Source: Macrostomum hystrix (Eukaryota > Animalia > Platyhelminthes). Taken from it: 64,000 bases of DNA. Positions 1 through 12,900 of this stretch are shown piece after piece. Below the pieces are notes generated by a model that saw only the letters and a program-made list of their open reading frames with translations, searched no databases and was not told the DNA's origin. A program made the translations under genes and the position numbers. The stretch is taken from positions 1,798,001 to 1,862,000 of the forward strand of contig CATNEN010000024.1 in assembly GCA_950097015.1 (NCBI GenBank), in the 5' to 3' direction. Each line of letters opens with the position of its first letter. The first letter of the stretch is position 1.

Positions 1-460
1 TATCCCATGGGAGAAGGATTTGAGTGGATTGCTAGACTATCCCATGGGAGAAGGATTTGAGTGGATTGCTAGACTATCCCATGGGAGAAGGATTTGAGTG
101 GATTGCTAGACTATCCCATGGGAGAATGATTTGAGTGGATTGCTAGACTATCCCATGGGAGAAGGATTTGAGTGGATTGCTAGACTATCCCATGGGAGAA
201 GGATTTGAGTGGATTGCTAGACTATCCCATGGGAGAAGGATTTGAGTGGATTGCTAGACTATCCCATGGGAGAAGGATTTGAGTGGATTGCTAGACTATC
301 CCATGGGAGAAGGATTTGAGTGGATTGCTAGACTATCCCATGGGAGAAGGATTTGAGTGGATTGCTAGACTATCCCATGGGAGAAGGATTTGAGTTTATT
401 GCTAGACACTATACGATGGGAGAAGGAACAGAATGGATTGCTAGTCTATCCGATGATAAA
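1..460. repeat. 37-bp tandem repeat (GAGTGGATTGCTAGACTATCCCATGGGAGAAGGATTT), cut by window start
   Basis: About 11 near-identical units to ~410, then degenerate copies to ~460. Confidence 0.97.
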
Positions 461-979
461 GGAACTAAATAGTACTGCAGCTCTCGAAGATGATCATCGC
501 CGGGTTTCAATCAAAGGTCCCAACTTTATTCTAATCTGAATCCAGTGAACTGCCCATTAAGCCTGCTTCATTAATTAGAAACTGTCACTCTATCGTTGCT
601 AATTTGAGAACTCAAAATCCACTCTAGATTGAGCTTCTTCACTATCCCCCTAGCAGTTTAGAGCTGAGCAAATGAAGAGCTAGTAATTAAGATATTGTCC
701 ACCTTTTGCGCGTCATGGCCCTCGGGCCATGAGATAAGGCAGCTTATCTGTCAGATGCTGAACAATACGTCCTGTCAACAATTTGTCTCGCTCCCGCTCT
801 GGGTGTTAAAAACTTCCTCGACTCTGAACTGTGCTCCACTCAAACAATTTGCGATTTTCTCCCTAGTTGAGATTAAGCCACTCGGAGAACAGCCAAACAT
901 TGCACATAATCAGCAAAGACAGTCAGTCAACCCGGCCTGAATCAACGATCAATTGAGAGCACACTGTAGGGACACTTAC

Positions 980-3900
980 TGATTTCGACCGAACCTTCAT
1001 TACCATCCTGTTCTTCTTCAGTTGGAACTTCTTGATCCTGGGCCTAGAACAACGGGTTGGAAAATCTGCTGTGCGAAACTAAATTCTACATAATTTGCTT
1101 TATTGCTCAAGTATTGAAGTGAGCAAGTCAAGGGGGTAGAAGTGCACTGTCAAAACAGGGGAGCAGAAGGCAGTAGGGGAAAAGGGGATGAGAAGGCAGT
1201 GGGAGAATAGGGGATGAGAGCAGCAGTGGGAGAATAGGGGATGAGAGCCGCAGTGGGAGAATTGGTGATTAGAAGCAGTGGGAGAATAGGGGATGAGAAG
1301 GCAGTGGGAGAATAGGGATGAGAAGGCAGTGGGAGAATAGGGTATTAGAAGCAGTGGGAGAATAGGGGATGAGAAGGTAGTGGGAGAATAGGGATGAGAA
1401 GGCAGTGGGAGAATAGGGATGAGAAGGTAGTGGGAGAATAGGGGATGAGAAGGCAGTGGGAGAACATGGGATTAGAAGGCAATGGGACAATAGGGGATGA
1501 GAAGGTAGTGGGAGAATAGGGGATGAGAAGGTAGTGGGAGAATAGGGGATGAGAAGGCAGTGGGAGAATAGGGATGAGAAGGTAGTGGGAGAATAGGGGA
1601 TGAGAGCCGCAGTGGGAGAATTGGTGATTAGAAGCAGTGGGAGAATAGGGGATGAGAAGGTAGTGGGAGAATAGGGATGAGAAGGCAGTGGGAGAATAGG
1701 GGATTAGCCGCAGTGGGAGAATAGGGGATGAGAAGGTAGTGGGAGAATAGGGATGAGAAGGCAGTGGGAGAATAGGGATGAGATGTAGTGGGAGAATAGG
1801 GGATGAGAAGGCAGTGGGAGAATAGGGGATGAGAAGGTATTGGGAGAATAGGGATGAGAAGGCAGTGGGAGAACATGGGATTAGAAGGCAGTGGGAGAAT
1901 AGGGGATGAGAAGGTAGTGGGAGAATAGGGGATGAGAAGGTAGTGGGAGAATAGGGGATGAGAAGGTAGTGGGAGAATAGGGGATGAGAAGGCAGTGGGA
2001 GAACATGGGATTAGAAGGTAGTGGGAGAATAGGGGATGAGAAGGTAGTGGGAAAATAGGGGATGAGAAGGCAGTAGGAGAATAGGGGATGAGAAGGTAGT
2101 TGGAGAATAGGGGATGAGAGCCGCAGTGGGAGAATAGGGGATTAGAAGGTAGTGGGAGAATAGGGGATGAGAAGGTAGTGGGAGAATAGGGATGAGAAGG
2201 TAGTTGGAGAATAGGGGATGAGAGCCGCAGTGGGAGAATAGGGGATGATAAGGCAGTGGGAGAATAGGGGATGAGAAGGTAGTGGGAGAATAGGGGATTA
2301 GAAGGTAGTGGGAGAATAGGGGATGAGAAGGTAGTGGGAGAATAGGGATGAGAAGGTAGTGGGAGAATAGGGATGAGAAGGTAGTTGGAGAATAGGGGAT
2401 GAGAGCCGCAGTGGGAGAATAGGGGATGATAAGGCAGTGGGAGAATAGGGGATGAGAAGGTAGTGGGAGAATAGGGGATGAGAAGGTAGTGGGAAAATAG
2501 GGGATGAGAAGGCAGTAGGAGAATAGGGGATGAGAAGGTAGTTGGAGAATAGGGGATGAGAGCCGCAGTGGGAGAATAGGGGATTAGAAGGTAGTGGGAG
2601 AATAGGGGATGAGAAGGTAGTGGGAGAATAGGGATGAGAAGGTAGTGGGAGAATAGGGATGATAAGGCAGTGGGAGAATAGGGGATGAGAAGGTAGTGGG
2701 AGAATAGGGATGAGAAGGTAGTGGGAGAATAGGGGATGATAAGGCAGTGGGAGAATAGGGGATGAGAAGGTAGTGGGAGAATAGGGGATTAGAAGGTAGT
2801 GGGAGAATAGGGGATGAGAAGGTAGTGGGAGAATAGGGATGAGAAGGTAGTGGGAGAATAGGGATGAGAAGGTAGTGGGAGAACATGGGATGATAAGGCA
2901 GTGGGAGAATAGGGGATGAGAAGGTAGTGGGAGAATAGGGATGAGAAGGTAGTGGGAGAATAGGGGATGATAAGGCAGTGGGAGAATAGGGGATGAGAAG
3001 GTAGTGGGAGAATAGGGATGAGAAGGTAGTGGGAGAATAGGGGATGATAAGGCAGTGGGAGAATAGGGGATTAGAAGGCAGTTGGAGAATAGGGATGAGA
3101 AGGTAGTGGGAGAATAGGGGATGATAAGGCAGTGGGAGAATAGGGGATGAGAAGGTAGTGGGAGAATAGGGATGAGAAGGTAGTGGGAGAATAGGGGGAT
3201 GAGAAGGCAGTGGGAGAATAGGGGATGAGAAGGCAGTGGGAGAATAGGGGATTAGAAGGCAGTTGGAGAATAGGGGATTAGTAGCAGTGGGAGAATAGGG
3301 GCGCAGAAGGCTCTAACCAGAAAAAGCAGGCCTGTCCGCTGCCGGAGGCGGTGTGGTCGCGCAGCACGATCCCGGTGGTCTCAATGCACAGAGTGGACGG
3401 GCTGCCATCCTCCAACTGCAATTGGAGTGCAGGGGGGGGGGTAAAGGAATCGCACTCTGGAGAAAATATAATCGCAATGTTGAAGTCAAAATTTAGAGAA
3501 ATATTGTCTAGACGGAGCTCAGAAAACTACTGGGACAAGTCTATTGAGTACTACATCGATTCAATGGCTAGTTTCCTATTCAGCTAAAAGTACTGTTCAA
3601 TATATTTTGTATACCATCCCATACAATTTGGAATGTTCCGCACTCACCGTGACACGAAATTTCACTCGACCGTAGCCGTCCAGCCACTTCACATGGCTCA
3701 GAAACTGGTACTCGGCCCGGCTGGCCGGCAGGCCCCTAGAAACAGTGAGAGAGGTAGTCAGAGTATACAGGTAGTCAGAAGAGTAGACAAGTAGTCACAA
3801 GAGTAGACAAGTAGTCGGAAGAGTAGACAAGTAGTCGGAAGAGTAGACGGGTAGTCAGGAGAGTAGACAGGTAGTCAGAAGAGTAGACAGGCAGTCAGAA

Positions 3901-6900
3901 GAGTAGACAGGTAGTCAGAAGAGCAGACAGGTAGTCAGAAGAGTAGACAGGCAGTCAGGAGAGTAGACAGGTAGTCAGAAGAGTAGACAGGCAGTCAGAA
4001 GAGTAGACAGGTAGTCAGAAGAGCAGACAGGTAGTCAGAAGAGTAGACAGGCAGTCAGGAGAGTAGACAGGTAGTCAGAGTAGACAGGTAGTCAGAAGAG
4101 TAGACGGGTAGTCAGGAGAGTAGACAGGTAGTCAGAAGAGTAGACAGGTAGTCAGAAGAGTAGACAGTTGGTCAGAAGAGTAGACAGGCAGTCCGGAGAG
4201 TAGACAGGTAGTCAGAGTAGACAGGTAGTCAGAAGAGTAGACAGGCAGTCAGAAGAGTAGACAGGTAGTCAGAAGAGCAGACAGGTAGTCAGAAGAGTAG
4301 ACAGGCAGTCAGGAGAGTAGACAGGTAGTCAGAGTAGACAGGTAGTCAGAAGAGTAGACGGGTAGTCAGGAGAGTAGACAGGTAGTCAGAAGAGTAGACA
4401 GGTAGTCAGAAGAGTAGACAGGTAGTCAGAAGAGTAGACAGTTGGTCAGAAGAGTAGACAGGCAGTCCGGAGAGTAGACAGGCAGTCAGAGTAGACAGGT
4501 AGTCAGAAGAGTAGACAGGCAGTCAGAAGAGTAGACAGGTAGTTTCCTGTCAAGTCAAGTCAAGTCAAGTCAAGAACCAGTCAAGAGAGTAGACAGGTAG
4601 TCAGAGTAGACAGTTAGTCAGAAGAGTAGACAAGTAGTCAGAAGAGTAGACAGGTAGTCAGAAGAGTAGACAGGTAGTCAGGAGAGTAGACATGTTGTCA
4701 GAAAAGTAGACAGGTAGCGTGATCATTGAATAGGTAGTGAGATTAGTAGGCACGCGGTGATAAGTGGACAGGTGTTTTGGAGGCTGGTTAGTGAGAAGTA
4801 GGCAGCCGGTGAGCAGCCCAGGCTCACTTGAGCATGCGGTAGATGCTGGCCACCTCGGCGTCTATGCCAGGTCGAAGGTCGGCAAACAGAGCGTAGTTGT
4901 TCAGCGGGAAGCCGCGCTGGTGATCAAAGTCTCCGTGATGCGCTGAAGTGAATTTTTAATAGTCAGCCGGTGCCTTTGCAAATTACAGATTCGTCTGTCA
5001 ATTACTTGTCAATTACTGTCAATTGTCCAATAACTACACATTTTTCTTCAATCTCGCGTCATCAATTTTCTAACAATGACCGATCGGTTAAAATATCATT
5101 TTAAATCTTCAAGCAATCACCTATCAAATCACCTATCAATCTTTAATCAGCCATCTGTTAATCTTCAACCAGTCATATGTCAATCTTCAATCAGTCATAT
5201 GTCAATCTTCAATCAGTCATATGTCAATCTTCAACCAGTCATATGTCAATCTTCAACCAGTCATATGTCAATCTTCAATCAGTCATATGTCAATCTTCAA
5301 TCATTCATCAGTTAATATTTTAGAAATTCTCTGGCAATTATCAAACAATAATTTGTGCATCTTCATTAAAATTCTGAAAGCCAAGGTTAGCAATCTTTCT
5401 CTGGATGGGAGATCAGGCGAGTAACTCACACTGCAGCATCAGGGCAGCCAGCCGGGCCGCTTTGTCTCTGGGCACAGTGACCAGGCCAGCCTGAATGTCC
5501 TGTATCGCCTGCAGAAACACCTGCAAGCTAAATAGTTGAATAGTGGGATTAATTAATTGGAGAAGTGTCAGCATTGAATAAGCCCCCTATTAAAACCGTT
5601 TTTATCATGCATTCTAGCATTCGCCTAAATAAATACTTTCCTATCTATATAGATCGTATGCTCACCGAGTTGACTCAGACAGTTCGCGACAAGGATCGTT
5701 CGGATAGAAGCGAACGGCCAGGAATAGCTGGCAGGACTTCTCCCCAACCAGGTCAGACAGACCGCCGCCTGCGGGTCAGGGTGGGAGAAATTCAGGATGG
5801 AGGCTTGAATTTAGAAGGAATTTAGGAGGAAAGCTTGAATTTAGGAGGAAATTAGGAGGAAATTAGGAGGAAATTAGGATGAAAGCTTGAATTTAGGAGG
5901 AAATTCAGGATGAAAGCTTGAATTTAGGAGGAAATTCAGGATGAAAGCTTGAATTTAGGAGGAAATTCAGGATGAAAGCTTGAATTTAGGAGGAAATTCA
6001 GGATGAAAGCTTGAATTTAGGAGGAAATTCAGGATGAAAGCTTGAATTTAGGAGGAAATTCAGGATGAAAGCTTGAATTTAGGAGGAAATTCAGGATGGA
6101 AGCTTGAATTTAGGAGGAAATTCAGGATGGAAGCTTGAATTTAGGAGGAAATTCAGGATGGAAGCTTGAATTTAGGAGGAATTTAGGATGGAAGCTTGAA
6201 TTTACGAGGAATTTAGGATGGAAGCTTGAATTTAGGAGGAAATTCAGGATGGAAACTTGTGCTTTAGGACGAAAGTTACTTGAAAGTTAAAGTTAAAAGT
6301 TAAAAGTTAAAAGTTACTTGAAATGTGTTTAACGTTACTAGAAATTTCTGTTACATTAAAAATAATGAGGGGCATTTTAATTAATTTCTATACTGTTGAA
6401 GAATTAAAATATGAAATAAATAATTGAAATTTGGTTATTTCAGCAAAAATAAAGACTGGCTTAATCCAAAATTAAACTCTGAACAGTGCCTGTTAAAGTC
6501 AAAAAAGATCATAAAGCAATAGTAAGAGGCCGTTCGGGTGCAGATCTTGACGCAAGAAACTCAAGGCCTTCAGACTTAATTTCCTTTGAAGTGTTAAAAT
6601 AATGAAACAAGAGCTGCAGGAAATAGGTAAGAAGTGGTCCCTCGACAGCGCAAATGACAGACAGATAAGATGGCTGGCACTCAATTAGCAACTCAATTGA
6701 ACTCCGCACTGACTTTGAGTCCCATCTAATAGGTTTGATTAGCGGCATTACCGGCCAGGTGCATCCGAGTGAGCAGATGCCTAAGTTGACTACCCGAACC
6801 TTAAGTATACTTGCCACTGACCGGGCAAAATAATAACCTAAGAATTATTGACGCAATGATAGCTTTTAAGCATTGTTGACAGGAACCAAAGTTCCTCAGC

Positions 6901-9900
6901 TTCAAAGACATGTTCGCTGCAGTCCTAGTTTTCTTTGCAATAAAAACAATACCTGAAGTAAATAAAATGAGTCTTGTGGAAGTCCGACAAGACAGCGAAC
7001 AGTCCTGCATTTTAAATTCACCAAGCCTGGTCTATGACCTCAATAAAGCCTGGTCTATGACCTACACCAAGCCTGGTCTATGACCTACATCAAGCCTGGT
7101 CTATGACCTACACCAAGCCTGGTCTATGACCTACACCAAGCCAGGACTATGACCTACACCAAGCCAGGTCTATGACCTCCATCAAGCCTGGTCTATGACC
7201 TACATCAAGCCTGGTCTATGACCTACATCAAGCCTGGTCTATGACCTCAATAAAGCCTGGTCTATGACCTACATCAAGCCTGGTCTATGACCTACATCAA
7301 GCCTGGTCTATGACCTCAATAAAGCCTGGTCTATGACCTACATCAAGCCTGGTCTATGACCTCAATAAAGCCTGGTCTATGACCTACATCAAACCTGGTC
7401 TATGACCTACATCAAGCCTGGTCTATGACCTCAATAAAGCCTGGTCTATGACCTACATCAAGCCTGGTCTATGACCTACATCAAGCCTGGTCTATGACCT
7501 CAATAAAGCCTGGTCTATGACCTACATCAAGCCTGGTCTATGACCTCAATAAAGCCTGGTCTATGACCTACATCAAACCTGGTCTATGACCTACATCAAG
7601 CCTGGTCTATGACCTCAATAAAGCCTGGTCTATGACCTACATCAAGCCTGGTCTATGACCTACATCAAGCCTGGTCTATGACCTCAATAAAGCCTGGTCT
7701 ATGACCTACATCAAGCCTGGTCTATGACCTCAATAAAGCCTGGTCTATGACCTACATCAAGCCTGGTCTATGACCTACATAAAGCCTGGTCTAATACCTA
7801 CACCAAGCTAGGTCTATGACCTCCATCAAGCCAGGTCTATGACCTACACCAAGCCAGGTCTATGACCTACACCAAGCATGGTCTATGACCTACACCAAGC
7901 CTGGTCTATGACCTCAATAAAGCCTGGTCTATGACCTACATCAAGCCTGGTCTATGACCTCAATAAAGCCTGGTCTATGACCTACATCAAGCCTGGTCTA
8001 TGACCTCAATAAAGCCTGGTCTATGACCTACATCAAACCTGGTCTATGACCTACATAAAGCCTGGTCTAATACCTACACCAAGCTAGGTCTATGACCTCC
8101 ATCAAGCCAGGTCTATGACCTACACCAAGCCTGGTCTATGACCTCAATAAAGCCTGGTCTATGACCTACATCAAGCCTGGTCTATGACCTACATCAAGCC
8201 TGGTCTATGACCTCAATAAAGCCTGGTCTATGACCTACATCAAGCCTGGTCTATGACCTACATCAAGCCTGGTCTATGACCTCAATAAAGCCTGGTCTAT
8301 GACCTACATCAAGCCTGGTCTATGACCTACATCAAGCCTGGTCTATGACCTCAATAAAGCCTGGTCTATGACCTACATCAAGCCTGGTCTATGACCTACA
8401 TAAAGCCTGGTCTATGACCTACACCAAGCTAGGTCTATGACCTCCATCAAGCCAGGACTATGACCTACACCAAGCCAGGTCTATGACCTCCATCAAGCCT
8501 GGTCTATGACCTACATCAAGCCTGGTCTATGACCTACACCAAGCCTGGTAAATGACCTACGCCAAGCCTGATATTAAACTTCCATAGAACTTATCAAAGC
8601 ATAAAAGTTTGTTTAACTTACGGCAGCACTTGACCAGGGAGTGTACCGTCTTTCTAACGTTCACCCATTGCTGAAATAGTTTTAAATAGATTGATTGTCT
8701 GAAAAAAATCTTTCAAATTTTAGCAATAATATCAAATGCCACCAAGCTGGGACTCACCAGAGTTTTCCGCGTGTCCATGTACTTCAGACCGAAAAACTGC
8801 TGCTCAGGCACGCCAATTGAGTTAAGCACAGTGCGTAGCAGTTCTTGGCCCTTGTGATTGCCCTGTGGAGTGACATTTTTGCGTGCAATGAGCACTCGAA
8901 TGAATAGAATGGATTGATAATCTATCAAATAAATAAAGGAATAGAATGGATTGCTAATCTATCCAATAAATAAAGGAAAGGAATGAATTGCTAGTCTATC
9001 CAATGGATGAAGGAATTGAATGGATTGCTAATCTATCTAATGGATGAGGGAATAGAATGGATTGCTAATCTATCGCATGGTTGAAGGAACAGAATGGATT
9101 GCTAGTCTATCCCATGGGTGAAGGAACAGAATGGATTGCTGATCTATCCCATGGATAGCCGATCCCTCGGCTAAAGGACCAAGTGAATCGCTAGTATATC
9201 GCTTTGATGAGTGATGGCATTATAGAATTTTCGCCATTGACGGAGAGAAAAATAAGTGCAAGCTCGGATTCGCAGGACAGCAGGTCGAACTGTCAGCCAG
9301 TGTGGCAGCAGTCAGCTGATGCGCGCAGGCCAGGATCGCATTTCAATCTTTGGCTAGAAGAAGTGGCTGCGAGTCGCAGGCAAGAAACCAGTTCCAGATT
9401 GCAGCAAATGTGATTCAACTGGTTCAGCTGAGTCGCGCTAGGGAGAATTCTGTGACTTCCTGACACATCCGATCTCGAATAGCGCTTGGATGGCAAGAAA
9501 GTGTCAGTGCGGAGGCAGCAGTGTCGGATGCAGTGCTGGCGGATGCGGAACGGACTGCAATATGCAATGCGCCTTCCTTCCACTGTCTCTAGTGGCATTT
9601 GCGCTGTGTAAATTTCCCATAGTCCTTTCCATCCTCCTAAAGGCTGCAGTATCGCGGTTGCTTTTTTGAAAAGCTGTTTATATTGTTCTTGTCAAACAAG
9701 TGAAACTATTGAAAGAGCACAGGGGTACTTCAAATGCCCACATCATTTGTTCTGTATCCCCCAAATTATTCAACCATTCGCCGTGAAAATGCAGAACAGA
9801 ACACAGGCAAAAAAATTCTGCTCTACCTGATGAAAGAACTTCCAAAATCACAAAAAATCGGTGCTGACTCGGGTGGCTTTGGTTTAGATGGTGGACTTTC

Positions 9901-12900
9901 TCACGAAAATCGGTCTTTTGGTTTGGGAGGTATTATGAAATTGCCTCTCCGTGCTGTTTTCCTGGGGGAAAAATTGCGTGGTATTTTTACTGGTAATCAA
10001 TTGTGCATGTGCTGACGACCCGGAGTTACTTGATAGCTCATTATTTGAGTCGACATTCTGTATTTGCGATGTAATTTTTAGAGGTTTTTCTACCAAGTCC
10101 TTACATTGACTGTCGATAAGCTGCAGTTGCAGACATCTGGGACTCGACAAAGCGCGCCTAGTTTAGCTAATATGGGAAGAAAGTGCATTCAGAGGCAGTG
10201 TTTATACAACCGCTTCTTTGCTCTTCACTGCCGAGCAAATTAGTTGAATCTGAGAATCGGGGGAACAATGCATTGCTGGGGCTGAGGGGGGGGGCAGACT
10301 ACACAGTCGGGGGCCGAGCAGAAATTGCATCCGGTACACGGGGCCAGGTTTGGCCCGACATCAACTGTGCTACTGCATCAGACTAAAATAAACCCATTCT
10401 TTTTCTATTGAGATTACTGGCTGGGCCGTATCACAATAGCCTGCTTGGCGCAATAGTATTTGATTAGAAAACAAAGGCGAGTTAGTAAAGTCGACTTTGT
10501 CAAGCTTCAGCAAAAGCTAAGGAAAAACTCTAATTACTGGATACAGTGAATGAGCTAAGCAGATGTGTCATTTCTGTGACTCCCCTGCCTTCAGCAAGGT
10601 CTTCCATTTTCGTCTCTGTCTGCACTGTCCTCACCTGTGTCCTAATTCTCCTCACCTGTGTCCTAATTCTCCTCACCTGTGTCCTAATTCTCCTCACCTG
10701 TGTCCTAATTCTCCTCACCTGTGTCCGTCTTGTCCTTACTTGTGTCTGTATTATCCTCACCTACATGTCTGTATTATCCTCACCTATTTTAATTATTCTC
10801 TCCTACCTGTATTCTGCTCACCTGTCTGTAATATTTTCACCTGTTTCTGTCTTGTATTTACCTCTCCTGTATTATACTCCCACTGGCATCTGTCTTAGCA
10901 TCGCAGAGATGGCTCTTAGCACCAAAGTACTATATTTTGGCATCCAAGCAGTTCAGCTGGTCAAGCAGACAAAAATGTTATCTGATCCGGAAAAAGAAGC
11001 ATTTCTGCACAAGGTGTACTTTTCGCGTGGGTTAGTTTGAGCACGAGTTTAAAGCCAAAGTCGAACCTTTTCGATCAATCTGCCCCCCAACTTGTTTGAC
11101 TAGACCCGGTTTCGGTTTAAAGTCCCTGGCGAGGGATTTGGGAGAAGCTGTTGCCAACAGTCGGGTGCCTCTCACGCGAGAGTGCAACATTTAAATAAAA
11201 TGCCAAGCAGGTGAGTCAACAGCACAACTATAAGGGGAAAGCTTCCGTCTAGATCCCCACCAAACTCCCGTTTTCTAGACCAGGCTCATGTGCTGTCCCG
11301 CAAATACACTGGGGAGATCTGATCTGGGCAATTCTGATGCAGTAAACACTGTTAACTGTCGATTCGCTTAACCATTTTTTAGTTTATTTACATTAGAAAG
11401 TTAGATGAGTTCTACATTTTCGCTGAAGCCTGTGTGCCTGAGTTTCACAGCTTTGGTACCGTGCTTTACAGTTGGAAGACCAAAAGTTGCATTTCAAATA
11501 GCAACATTTTATTTTCCTTGAATATTCCAAAACATTCAACCAGCCGATCAACATGAAAATCCAGAACCCGGGCTAAAAGTTTTCGAAATTTCCTATGAAA
11601 CAACTTCTAGATCACAAAGCATCGGCATCATCTTTCTGCTCAAAAATTTTCATTATCTAACTATGTCGGCCATTATCGTTGATTAATAATAATTAATAAT
11701 AATAATTGATTACACCTGCCCCAATCGGGTCAGATATGCAGCCAACAGCCCAGCCGCAGCCATTGCGCAGCGCATCTAAGACTGCGTACAGCTGTTCAGT
11801 CCACGGACTGGGGGGACGCCACACCCACCTTCAATTATCCCAGCTAATACTGGTACCCATTTAACAGCTGGGTGAACTGAAGCACTGCAGAGTTAAGTGT
11901 CTTGCTAAAAGACACAAATTGTTTCAGTAGTGTCGGGAATCGAACCCCCGACCTTCAAGTCGTGAGCCCGACGCTCTAACCATTAGGCTACAACCAATCA
12001 GCTTCAAAGCCTCAAATAAATGCTTTCCAAGCTAAATAAATGTCACCAAGTTGATTGTATAGTATCTTTTGTATTGTTAATTTTAATTATTAAACAAATA
12101 TGGATTCGCCATAGAGGTACGAGTATATACAGAGCAATGTCAGTTGTCCTTGTCACCAGGGTCTTCGACAGGAATCGCTGAATATCTCGACGACGCTGAC
12201 GTCGGAAGGCTTTGAAAGTTGATAGTAAAGGGCGGAAAACTCTGATCCATATGGTGGACTTTCAGGGGGTCGATGGCAGAGCGGTTAACGCGTTTGCCTC
12301 TCGCGCCACGGTCCTTAAGGTCGATTCCGCGGCGAGGCCACATTCATTTGAGGCGCAGCCGCGGAGAGAAGGCTTGGGGGCTTGTCGCGCAATTTACGCC
12401 CTTGAGGGCCAACCTCCAAAGCACAGTGGTGGTGTACACTGCCCGCATATGAGAAAGTCAAGGTAATGTACACGCCTTGTGTGTGAGCGTATGCCTGCGT
12501 AAAGTATCTGTGTGTGTGTGTGCTCAGGAGTCAGTGAAAAGGGCAGAATTGCCTCCTCGCTGGATGCGGGTCTAGTGTCACCGAATAATGTTGCCAATTC
12601 CTTTTATTATTAAAAAACCAAATCGTACGAACCTTCCAACATAAATTCGAAAAGTTGCATTGTCGAAAACTTGATATATTTTCCTGTATTCAAACTTTCT
12701 AAAGTTTCATTTCAATCAAAAAGTTCTAAAATTAAATTGGTTTAATTTCTGAAACTTTTATTTACGCAAAGCTTGTCCTGCTGCTACTCAAGCTCAGCTG
12801 TTAGTTAGGAGAAGACGATCAATTAGAGTACCGAAGTTCGCGGACAGGAGCCGAGAGTAGGTAAGGCATAATTACAAGCTGCCTGAGGGCGGCCGCTATG

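Noticed and set aside
695-940. Possible next FERM exon or the 81-aa ORF
   Set aside because: No phase-0 acceptor gives a convincing FERM F3 continuation; all frames stop early.
1269-2886. Repetitive ORFs (also 5076, 10530-10898, 13232-13864, 14301-14792, 23049, 25491, 52157, 54578-55133)
   Set aside because: Translations of minisatellites whose units lack stops in some frames.
7020-8570. CRISPR-like appearance of regular repeats (also 23066-23360, 24915-25765)
   Set aside because: No unique spacers, eukaryotic context and no cas genes.
11920-11995. Stand-alone tRNA genes (also 12265, 30876, 31906, 35273, 61690)
   Set aside because: A and B boxes are present, but stems are broken and each continues into a shared SINE body.
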